NCBI GenBank assembly: GCA_964016885.1
Contig: CAXHJY010001387.1
Coordinates: 1-64,000, forward strand
Length of the DNA: 64,000 nucleotides
Reading direction: 5' to 3'
Source: Eledone cirrhosa
Lineage: Eukaryota
Of the stretch, positions 11,802 through 23,590 are shown in pieces. The notes under the pieces were generated by a model. It searched no databases. It worked only from the letters and a program-made list of their open reading frames with translations, and was not told the origin of the DNA. Every line of letters starts with the position of its first letter. Position 1 is the stretch's first letter. The translations under genes were made by a program, and so were the position numbers.

Positions 11802-11985
11802 TTGGCAGATTGGCAATATCGGTAGAGGGTCGAACGCCATGCTTTCCAGCATAGTTATGTCCCTTTACGATCTGAGTTTAAATCCCGCCGAGGTTGACTT
11901 TCCTTTCAACCTTACGGTGTCGATAAAATAAAGTACCAGTAATGCACTGGGTAATTGCTGGCCTTGTGCCTAAATTAGAAACAAT
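11802..11985 (+). mobile_element. SINE family 1, near full length, B box mutated (GAGTTTAAATCC)
   Basis: Head-to-head with 11600-11786; copy at 19141-19324. Confidence 0.87.
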
Positions 11986-12139
11986 TATATTATATTATAT
12001 TATATTTTATTATATTATAATATATTATAATACAATATAATATAATATACTATAGTATAATATAATATAATATAATATAATATAATATAATATAATATTA
12101 TATTATATTATAATATAATATAAAATAATAGTATATTAT

Positions 12140-14755
12140 TTGGCATTATCGGTAGAGTCGGACACCATGCAAATAAAAACGGGGCACCCAAATAAAAAAA
12201 CGGGGCACCCGAATAAAAAACGGGCACCCAAATAAAAAAAACGGGGCACCTAAATTTAAAACGGAACCCCCCAATAAAAAACGGTGCACCCAAATAAACA
12301 ACGGGGCATCCAAATAAAAAAACGGGGCACCCAAATAAAAAAACGGGGCACCCGAATAAAAAACGGGGCAACCAAATTAAAAAACGGGGCACCAATATAA
12401 AAAACGGGGCACCCAATAAAAAACGAAACCCTCCAATAATAAACGGGCACCCAAATAAAAAACGGACCACCCAAATAAAAAACGGGGCACCCAAATAAAA
12501 ATCAGGACACCCAAATAAAAAACGGGGCGCCCAAATAAAAAAACCAGGCACCCAAATAAATAAACGGACAACCCCATAAAAAACAGGGCACCCAAATAAA
12601 AAACGGGGCACCCAAATAAAAAACGAATCACCCCTAATAAAAAAACGGGGACCCAAACAAAAATAAGGGGCACCCAAATAAAAAAACGGGGCACCATAAT
12701 AAAAAAAGGACCCCCCCCCCATAAAAAAGGGGCACCCAAATAAAAAACGGGGCATCCAAATAAAAACGAGGCACCCAAATAAAAAACGGGGCACCCAAAT
12801 AACAACGGGGCACCCAAATGGAAAAACGGGGCACCCAAATAAAAAAACGGGGCGCCCAATAAAAAACGGATCCCCCTCCAATAAAAAACGGGCACCCAAA
12901 TAAAAGAACGGGGCACCCTAATAAAAATCGGGGCTCCCAAATAAAAAATGTGGCACTCAAATAAAATTACGGGGCACTCAAATAAAAAACGGGCCCCCCG
13001 ATAAAAAACTGGCACCCAAATAAAAAAACGGGGCACCCAAATAAAAAACGCCCCCCCCCCCCTAAAAATACGGGGCACCCACATAAAAAACGGACCCCCC
13101 ATAAAAAAACCGGGCATCCACATGAAACACGGACCCCCCATAAAAAAACGGGGCACCCAAATAAAAAACGTGAGACCCAAATAAAAAACGGGACACCCAA
13201 ATTAAAAACGGACCCCCCATAAAAAAAGGTACACCCAAATAAAAAACGGACCCCCCCCCCATTAAAAACGGGTCACCCATATAAAAAAACGGGGCACCCA
13301 AATAAAAAACAGGACACCCAAATAAAAAACAGGGCACCCAAATAAAAGCGGGGCACCCAAATAAAAAAACGGGGCACCAAATAAAAAACGGACCCCCCAT
13401 GAAAAAACCCCATAAAAAACGGGACACCCAAACAGAAAACGGACACCCCCCCATAAAAAAACGGGGCACCTAAATAAAAAACGGGTCACCCAAATAATAA
13501 ATGGACCCCCCATAAAAAATGGGCCACCCAAATAAAACACGGACCCCCTCCCCATAAAACAACAGGGCACCCAAATTAACAAACGGGGCACCCAAATAAA
13601 ACACGGACCCCCCCCATAAAACAACAGGGCACCCAAATTAACAAACGGGGCACCCAAATAAAAAACGGACGCCCCCATAAAAAACGGGGCAGCCAAATAA
13701 AAAACGGACCCTCCCATAAAAAACGGGGCAAACAAATAAAAAAAGGGGGCACCCAAATAAAAAAGTGGGCACCCAAATAAAAAACGGACGCCCCCCCATA
13801 AAAAACGGACCCCCTATAAAAAAAACGGGGCACCCAAATAAAAAAACGGGGCACCCAAATAAAAAACGGCCCCCCCTAATAAAAAAAACGGGGCAACCAA
13901 ATAAAAAAACCGTGAACCCAAATAAAAGACGGGGCACCCAAATAAGAAACGGGGCACCAAATAAAAAACGGAACCCCTCCAATAATAAACGGGCCCCCAA
14001 ATATAAAACGGACCACCCAAATAAAAAACGGGGCACCCAAATAAAAAACGGGGAACCCAAATAAAAAAACGGGGCACCCAAATAAAAAAATGGGGCAACC
14101 AAAGAAAAAAACGGGGCACACAAATAAAAGACGGGGCACCCAAATAAAAAAACGTGGCACGCAAATAAACTACGGGGCACCCAAATAATAAAACGGGTCA
14201 CCCAAATAAAAAAAACGGGTCACACAAATAAAAAACGAGGTACCCAAATAAAAAACGGGGAATCCAAATAAAAAAACGGGGCACCCAAATAAAAAACGGA
14301 ACCCCTCCAATAATAAACGGGCACCCAAATAAAAAACGGACGACCCAAATAAAAAACGAGGCACCCAAATAAATATCTGGGCACCCAAATAAAAAACGGG
14401 GCACCCAAATAAAAAAACGGGGAACCCAAATAAAAAACGAGGTACCCAAATGAAAAACGGGGAACCCAAATAAAAAAACGGGGCACCCAAATAAAAAACG
14501 GAACCCCCCTCCCCAATAAAAAACGGGGCACCCAAATAAAAAAATGGGGCACCCAAATAAAAATCGGGCACCCAAATAAAAAACGGCGCACCCAAATAAA
14601 AAAACGGAATCCCCCATAAAAAAACGGGGCATCCAAATAAAAAACGGGGCACCCAAATAAAAAACGCCCCCCCCCCCAAAAAAAAACGAGGCACCAAAAT
14701 AAAAAACAGGGCACCCAAATAAAAAAACGGGGCACCCAAATAATAAAACGGGGCA
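12140..14755 (+). repeat. Long (2.6 kb) minisatellite block capped by SINE head fragment
   Basis: Cap at 12140-12170, then ~130 variant 20-mers; contains the duplication breakpoint near 14546. Confidence 0.93.
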
Positions 14756-15500
14756 TATAATATAATATTATATTATATCATAATATATTATAATATAAGG
14801 GCGGTGCCTCAGCATGGCCTCAGCCGGTTGGCTGAAACAGGTAAAAGAGTAATATAATATAATATAATATTATATTTTAATATATTATATTATAATACAA
14901 TATAATATTATATTATATTATAATATAATTGTTTCTATTTTAGGCACAAGGCCAGCAATCACTCAGTGCATTACTGGTACTTTATTTTATCGACTATTAT
15001 ATTATATTATAATATATTATATTATATATTAGGCCAGCAATTACTCATTACATTACTGGTACTTTATTTTATCGACCCCGTATGGATGAAAGGCAAAGTT
15101 AACCACGGCGTAAAGGGACCAGATCATAAAGGGACGTAACTATGCTAGAAAGCATGCCCGAGCCTCTACCGATACTGCCAATTCAAAGCTATATTATAAT
15201 ATATTATATTATATTATAATATAATATATAATATAATATTATGCCGAGGTTGACTTTGCCTTTTATCCTTACGGGGTCGATAAAATAAAAGTACCAGTAA
15301 TCCACTGCGTAATTGCTGGCCTTGTGCCTAAAGTAGAAACAATTATATTATAATATAATATAATATAATATAATATAACATAATATTATATTATATTGTA
15401 ATATATTATATTATAAGATAATATAATATATTATATTATATTGTAATATATTATATTATAATATAATATAATATAATATATTATATTATAATATAATATA

Positions 15501-15766
15501 TTCATCATTTCATCATTTCATTTTACGTCCGCTTCTGCGTGCTTGCAAGGGTGGGACGGGAACTGATTTTGGCTCGATTTCTCCAGCTGCATGCCCTTCC
15601 TAAAACCAACCTCATTTACAGTGCTGGGGGCTTTTTAGCCGTGGCATCTACACGTCCACTTTACAATGTCTTGCTCAAGAAAACAACACATCTCCCGGTC
15701 TGAGAATTGAACTCACAACCTTTCGATTGCAAGGCCAATGCTCTAACCACTAAGCCATGCGCCACC
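15501..15766 (-). mobile_element. SINE family 2 (duplicate of 8195-8474)
   Basis: Near-identical except ~15 nt shorter around TGCTGGGGGCT. Confidence 0.85.
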
Positions 15767-16497
15767 ATAATATAATATAATATTATATTATATTATATTA
15801 TAGTATATTACAATATACTATAATATTATATTATATTATATTATATTATATTATATTATATTATATTATATTATATTATATTATATTATATTATATTATA
15901 TTATATTATAATATAATATAATATTATATTGTATTATATTATATTATATTATAATATATTATAATATAATATAATATTATGTTATATTATAATTTAATAT
16001 ATTATAATATTATATTATATTATATTATATTATAATATAATGTTATAATATATTATAATATAATATAATATAACATAATATATATATTATTATATTGGTG
16101 GATTGGCAGTATCGGTAGAGGGTCGGACGCCATGCTTTCCAGCATAGTTACGTCCCTTTACGATCTGAGTTCAAATCCCGCCAAGGTTGAATTTGCCTTT
16201 CTTCCTTACGAGGTCAATAAACTAAAGTACCAGTAATGCACTGTGTAATTGCTGGCCTTGTGCTTAATGTAGAAACAATTATATTATATTATAATATAAT
16301 CGTTTCTACGTTTGGCACAAGGCCAGCAATTACCCAATGCATTACTGGTACTTTATTTTATCGACCCCTTAAGGATGAAAGGCAAAGTTAACCTCGGCGG
16401 GATTTGAACTCAGAATGGCAAGGGTCGTAACTCTATAATATAATATAATATTATGTTATATTATAATATAATATAATATAATATAATAGTATATTAT

Positions 16498-16946
16498 TTG
16501 GCATTATCGGTAGAATCGGACACCATGCAAATAAAAAACAGCCCCCCCCCCCCCAATAAAAAACGGGACACCCCGCCCCAATAAAAAACGGGCACCCAAA
16601 TAAAGAAAACGGGGAACCCAAATAAAAAAGACGGCACGCAAATGAAAAAACGGAACCCCCCATAAAAAACGGGGCACCCAACTTAGAAAACGGGGCACCC
16701 AAATAAAGAAACGGACCCCCCCCCCCATAAAAACGGGGCAACCAAATATAAATCGGGCACCCAAATAAAAAACGGGGCACCCAAATAAAAAAAACGGACC
16801 CCCGCATAAAAAACGAGGCAACCAAATAAAAAACGGGGCACCCAAATAAAAAACGGATGGCCCCCCAAATAAAAAAACTAGACACCCAAATAAAAAGCAG
16901 GGCACCCAAATAATAAAACGGGGCACCCAAAAAATAAAACGGGGCA
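16498..16946 (+). repeat. Minisatellite block capped by SINE head fragment (duplicate of 9216-9657)
   Basis: Same variant order, one extra 20-mer, shorter poly-C. Confidence 0.9.
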
Positions 16947-17529
16947 TATAATATAATATTATATTATATTATATTATATTTTAATATAATATAATATAAT
17001 ATAATATTATATTATATTATATTATATTATAATACAATATAATATTATATTATAATATAATTGTTTTTACTTTAGGCACAAGGGCAGCAAATAGTACTTG
17101 ATTTTATCGACTATTATATTATATTATAATATATTATATTATATTATATTACTGGTACTTTATTTTATCGACCCCGTATGGATGAAAGGCAAAGTTAACC
17201 TCGGCGGGATTTGAACTCAGATCATAAAGGGACGTAACTATGCTCGAAAGCATGCCCGAGCCTCTACCGATACTGCCAATTCAAGGCTATATTATAATAT
17301 AATATATAATATAATTTATGCCGAGGTTGACTTTGCCTTTTATCCTTACGGGTTCGATAAAATAAAAGTACCAGTAATGCACTGCATAATTGCTGGCCTT
17401 GTGCCTAAAGTAGATTATATTATAATATAATATAATATAATATAATATTATATTATATTGTAATATATTATATTATAATATAATATAATATAATATAATA
17501 TCATATTATATTATAATATTATATAATCC

Positions 17530-17787
17530 TCATTTCATTTTACGTCCGCTTTACCGTGCTTGCAAGGGTGGGACGGGAACTGCTTTTGGCTCGATTTCTC
17601 CAGCTGGATGCCCTTTCTAACACCAACCTCATTTACAGTGAGTGCTGGAGGTTTTTTAGCTGTGGCATTTACACGACCACCTTACAGTGTCTTGCTCAAG
17701 GAAACAACACATCACCCGGTCTGAGAATTGAACTCGCAACATTTCGATTGCAAGGTCAATGCTCTAACCACTAAGCCATGTGCCTCC
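17530..17787 (-). mobile_element. SINE family 2 (duplicate of 10241-10498)
   Basis: One visible substitution (CAGTATCTT versus CAGTGTCTT). Confidence 0.85.
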
Positions 17788-19451
17788 GTAATATAATATA
17801 TTATATTATATTATATTATATTATATTATATTATATTATATTATATTATATTATATTATATTATATTATATTATATTATATTATATTATATTATATTATA
17901 TTATATTATATTACAATACAATACAATACAATACAATACAATACAATACAATATAATATATTATAATATTATATTATAATATAATATAATATTATATTAT
18001 ATTATATTGTATTATAATATAATATAATATAATATTATATTGTATTATATTATATTATATTATATTATAATATAATATATTATAATATAATATAATATAA
18101 TATAATATAATATTATATTATATTATATTATATTATACCGACCCTCTACCGATATTGCCAATCTACCAATATAATATAATATAATATAATATTATATTAT
18201 ATTATATTATATTATATTATATTATATTATATTATATTATATTATATTATATTATAATTGTTTCTACTTTAGGGACAAGGCCAGCAATTACCCAGTACAT
18301 TACTGGTACTTTATTTTATCGACCCCGTAAGGATGAAAGGCAAAGTCAACCTCGAATATATTATATTATAATATATTATATTATATTATAATATAATATA
18401 ACATTATAATATAATATAATATAATATTATATTATATTGTATTATACTATATTATATTATATTATAATATAATATATTATAATATAATTGTTTCTACTAT
18501 TGGCACAAGGCCAGCAAATTACCCAGTACATTACTGGTACTTTATTTTATCGACCCCGTAAGGATGAAAGGCAAAGTTAACCTCGGCGGGATTTGAACTC
18601 AGAATGGCAAGGGCCGTAACTCTATGCGTCAAAGCATGGCGTCCGACCCTCTACCGATACTGCCAATTCACCGCCCAATATAATATAATATAATATTATA
18701 TTATAATTTAATATAATATAATAATATATTATATTATATTATAATATAATGTTATATTATATTATAATATAATATAATATATTATAATATAATATATTCG
18801 AGGTTGACTTTGCCTTTCATCCTTACGGGGTCGATAAAATAAAGTACCAGTAATTGCTGGCCTTGTGCCTAAAGTAGAAACAATTATAATATAATATAAT
18901 ATAATATAATATAATATAATATAATATAATATAATTGTTTCTACTTTAGGCACAAGGCCAGTAAATACCCAGTGCATTACTGGTACTTTATTTTATCGAC
19001 CCCGTAAGGATGAAAGGCAAAGTCAACCTCGGCGGGATTTGAACTCAGATCATAAAGGGACGTAACTATGCTGGAAAGCATGGCGTCCGACCCTCTACCG
19101 ATACTGCCAATCCACCGCCCTAATATTATATTATATTATATTGGCAGATTGGCAATATCGGTAGAGGGTCGAACGCCATGCTTTCCAGCATAGTTATGTC
19201 CCTTTACGATCTGAGTTTAAATCCCGCCGAGGTTGACTTTCCTTTCAACCTTACGGTGTCGATAAAATAAAGTACCAGTAATGCACTGGGTAATTGCTGG
19301 CCTTGTGCCTAAATTAGAAACAATTATATTATATTATATTATATTTTATTATATTATAATATATTATAATACAATATAATATAATATACTATAGTATAAT
19401 ATAATATAATATAATATAATATAATATAATATAATATTATATTATATTATA

Positions 19452-19680
19452 ATATAATATAAAATAATTGTTTCTACTATTGGCACAAGGCCAGAAAATT
19501 ACCCAGTACATTACTGGTACTTTATTTTATCGACCCCGTAAGGATGAAAGGCAAAGTTAACCTCGGCGGGATTAACTTTGCCTTTCATCCTTACGGGGTC
19601 GATAAAATAAAGTACCAGTAATGTACTGGGTAATTTTCTGGCCTTGTGCCAATAGTAGAAACAATTATTTTATATTATAT
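19452..19680. repeat. Perfect inverted repeat (109-bp arms, 11-nt spacer) made of a SINE family 1 3' half
   Basis: 19452-19560 is the exact reverse complement of 19572-19680; spacer CCTCGGCGGGA. Confidence 0.92.
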
Positions 19681-19718
19681 ATTATTTTATAATATAATAT
19701 AAAATAATAGTATATTAT

Positions 19719-22700
19719 TTGGCATTATCGGTAGAGTCGGACACCATGCAAATAAAAACGGGGCACCCAAATAAAAAAACGGGGCACCCGAATAAAAAAC
19801 GGGCACCCAAATAAAAAAAACGGGGCACCTAAATTTAAAACGGAACCCCCCAATAAAAAACGGTGCACCCAAATAAACAACGGGGCATCCAAATAAAAAA
19901 ACGGGGCACCCAAATAAAAAAACGGGGCACCCGAATAAAAAACGGGGCAACCAAATTAAAAAACGGGGCACCAATATAAAAAACGGGGCACCCAATAAAA
20001 AACGAAACCCTCCAATAATAAACGGGCACCCAAATAAAAAACGGACCACCCAAATAAAAAACGGGGCACCCAAATAAAAATCAGGACACCCAAATAAAAA
20101 ACGGGGCGCCCAAATAAAAAAACCAGGCACCCAAATAAATAAACGGACAACCCCATAAAAAACAGGGCACCCAAATAAAAAACGGGGCACCCAAATAAAA
20201 AACGAATCACCCCTAATAAAAAAACGGGGACCCAAACAAAAATAAGGGGCACCCAAATAAAAAAACGGGGCACCATAATAAAAAAAGGGGCACCCAAATA
20301 AAAAACGGGGCATCCAAATAAAAACGAGGCACCCAAATAAAAAACGGGGCACCCAAATAACAACGGGGCACCCAAATGGAAAAACGGGGCACCCAAATAA
20401 AAAAACGGGGCGCCCAATAAAAAACGGATCCCCCTCCAATAAAAAACGGGCACCCAAATAAAAGAACGGGGCACCCTAATAAAAATCGGGGCTCCCAAAT
20501 AAAAAATGTGGCACTCAAATAAAATTACGGGGCACTCAAATAAAAAACGGGCCCCCCGATAAAAAACTGGCACCCAAATAAAAAAACGGGGCACCCAAAT
20601 AAAAAACGCCCCCCCCCCCCCTAAAAATACGGGGCACCCACATAAAAAACGGACCCCCCATAAAAAAACCGGGCATCCACATGAAACACGGACCCCCCAT
20701 AAAAAAACGGGGCACCCAAATAAAAAACGTGAGACCCAAATAAAAAACGGGACACCCAAATTAAAAACGGACCCCCCATAAAAAAAGGTACACCCAAATA
20801 AAAAACGGACCCCCCCCATTAAAAACGGGTCACCCATATAAAAAAACGGGGCACCCAAATAAAAAACAGGACACCCAAATAAAAAACAGGGCACCCAAAT
20901 AAAAGCGGGGCACCCAAATAAAAAAACGGGGCACCAAATAAAAAACGGACCCCCCATGAAAAAACCCCATAAAAAACGGGACACCCAAACAGAAAACGGA
21001 CACCCCCCCATAAAAAAACGGGGCACCTAAATAAAAAACGGGTCACCCAAATAATAAATGGACCCCCCATAAAAAATGGGCCACCCAAATAAAACACGGA
21101 CCCCCTCCCCATAAAACAACAGGGCACCCAAATTAACAAACGGGGCACCCAAATAAAACACGGACCCCCCCCATAAAACAACAGGGCACCCAAATTAACA
21201 AACGGGGCACCCAAATAAAAAACGGACGCCCCCATAAAAAACGGGGCAGCCAAATAAAAAACGGACCCTCCCATAAAAAACGGGGCAAACAAATAAAAAA
21301 AGGGGGCACCCAAATAAAAAAGTGGGCACCCAAATAAAAAACGGACGCCCCCCCATAAAAAACGGACCCCCTATAAAAAAAACGGGGCACCCAAATAAAA
21401 AAACGGGGCACCCAAATAAAAAACGGCCCCCCCTAATAAAAAAAACGGGGCAACCAAATAAAAAAACCGTGAACCCAAATAAAAGACGGGGCACCCAAAT
21501 AAGAAACGGGGCACCAAATAAAAAACGGAACCCCTCCAATAATAAACGGGCCCCCAAATATAAAACGGACCACCCAAATAAAAAACGGGGCACCCAAATA
21601 AAAAACGGGGAACCCAAATAAAAAAACGGGGCACCCAAATAAAAAAATGGGGCAACCAAAGAAAAAAACGGGGCACACAAATAAAAGACGGGGCACCCAA
21701 ATAAAAAAACGTGGCACGCAAATAAACTACGGGGCACCCAAATAATAAAACGGGTCACCCAAATAAAAAAAACGGGTCACACAAATAAAAAACGAGGTAC
21801 CCAAATAAAAAACGGGGAATCCAAATAAAAAAACGGGGCACCCAAATAAAAAACGGAACCCCTCCAATAATAAACGGGCACCCAAATAAAAAACGGACGA
21901 CCCAAATAAAAAACGAGGCACCCAAATAAATATCTGGGCACCCAAATAAAAAACGGGGCACCCAAATAAAAAAACGGGGAACCCAAATAAAAAACGAGGT
22001 ACCCAAATGAAAAACGGGGAACCCAAATAAAAAAACGGGGCACCCAAATAAAAAACGGAACCCCCCTCCCCAATAAAAAACGGGGCGCCCAAATAAAAAA
22101 ATGGGGCAACCAAATAAAAAACGGGGCATCCAAATAAAAAATGGATCCCCCTCCAATATTAAACGGGCACCCAAATAAAAAACTGACCAACCAAATAAAA
22201 AAACGGGGCACCCAAATAAAAAACAGGGCACCCAAATAAAAAACGAGGCACCCAAATAAAAGTGGGCACCCAAATAAAAAAACGGGGCACCTAAATAAAA
22301 AACGGGTCACCCAAATAAAATACGGAACCCCCATGAAAAAACGGGGCACTCAAATAAAACACGGACCCCCCATAAAACAACAGGGCACCCAAATTAACAA
22401 ACGGGGCACACAAATAAAACACGGACCCCCGATAAAACAACAGGGCACCCAAATTAACAAACGGGGCACCCAATTAAAAAACGGACGCCCCATAAAAAAA
22501 CGGGGCAGCCAAATGAAAAACGGACCCTCCCATAAAAAACGGGGCAACCAAATAAAAAAAGGTGGCACCCAAATAAAAAAGGGGGCACCCAAATAAAAAA
22601 CGGAACCCCTCCAATAATAAACGGGCACCCAAATAAAAAACGGACGACCCAAATAAAAAACGAGGCACCCAAATAAATATCTGGGCACCCAAATAAAAAA

Positions 22701-23590
22701 CGGGGCACCCAAATAAAAAAACGGGGAACCCAAATAAAAAACGAGGTACCCAAATGAAAAACGGGGAACCCAAATAAAAAAACGGGGCACCCAAATAAAA
22801 AACGGAACCCCCCTCCCCAATAAAAAACGGGGCACCCAAATAAAAAAATGGGGCAACCAAATAAAAAACGGGGCATCCAAATAAAAAATGGATCCCCCTC
22901 CAATATTAAACGGGCACCCAAATAAAAAACTGACCAACCAAATAAAAAAACGGGGCACCCAAATAAAACACGGACCCCCCCCATAAAACAACAGGGCACC
23001 CAAATTAACAAACGGGGCACCCAAATAAAAAACGGACGCCCCCATAAAAAACGGGGCAGCCAAATAAAAAACGGACCCTCCCATAAAAAACGGGGCAAAC
23101 AAATAAAAAAAGGGGGCACCCAAATAAAAAAGTGGGCACCCAAATAAAAAACGGACGCCCCCCCATAAAAAACGGACCCCTATAAAAAAAACGGGGCACC
23201 CAAATAAAAAAACGGGGCACCCAAATAAAAAACGGCCCCCCCTAATAAAAAAAACGGGGCAACCAAATAAAAAAACCGTGAACCCAAATAAAAGACGGGG
23301 CACCCAAATAAGAAACGGGGCACCAAATAAAAAACGGAACCCCTCCAATAATAAACGGGCCCCCAAATATAAAACGGACCACCCAAATAAAAAACGGGGC
23401 ACCCAAATAAAAAACGGGGAACCCAAATAAAAAAACGGGGCACCCAAATAAAAAAATGGGGCAACCAAAGAAAAAAACGGGGCACACAAATAAAAGACGG
23501 GGCACCCAAATAAAAAAACGTGGCACGCAAATAAACTACGGGGCACCCAAATAAAAAAAACGGGTCACACAAATAAAAAACGAGGTACCC
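19719..23590 (+). repeat. Longest minisatellite block (3.85 kb), SINE-head-capped, abutting the telomeric-type array
   Basis: Cap at 19719-19749; internal re-duplications at offsets 747 and 1809. Confidence 0.93.

Larger units (their letters stand above)
7252..14545 (+). repeat. Tandem segmental duplication, copy 1 (~7.3 kb)
   Basis: Collinear near-identity with 14546-22108. Marker pairs: 7506/14798, 9216/16498, 10267/17556, 12140/19719, 14201/21758. Confidence 0.93.
14546..22108 (+). repeat. Tandem segmental duplication, copy 2 (~7.56 kb)
   Basis: Collinear with 7252-14545, plus a 240-bp extra segment at ~19469-19708. Confidence 0.93.

Noticed and set aside
11643-11931. Two overlapping opposite-strand ORFs starting MLESMA
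   Set aside because: Product of the inverted SINE pair; symmetry explains the shared N-terminus.
13765-22596. Plus-strand Lys-rich ORFs (13765, 21322, 22333)
   Set aside because: Chance stop-free paths through the A-rich strand of the minisatellite.
112-23572. Dozens of minus-strand Phe/Gly-rich ORFs (FIWVPRFLFGCPVFYLGAPF repeats, up to 398 aa)
   Set aside because: The 20-mer has no stop codon on the minus strand, so all three frames are open and give the same permuted peptide; frequent 1-bp indels show no frame conservation.
4413-23590. Telomere-specific retrotransposon (TRAS/SART/HeT-A/Penelope-like) or telomerase RNA gene
   Set aside because: No gag/RT/endonuclease coding remnant, no poly(A)-junction insertion within the array, and no isolated template-like motif in unique sequence.
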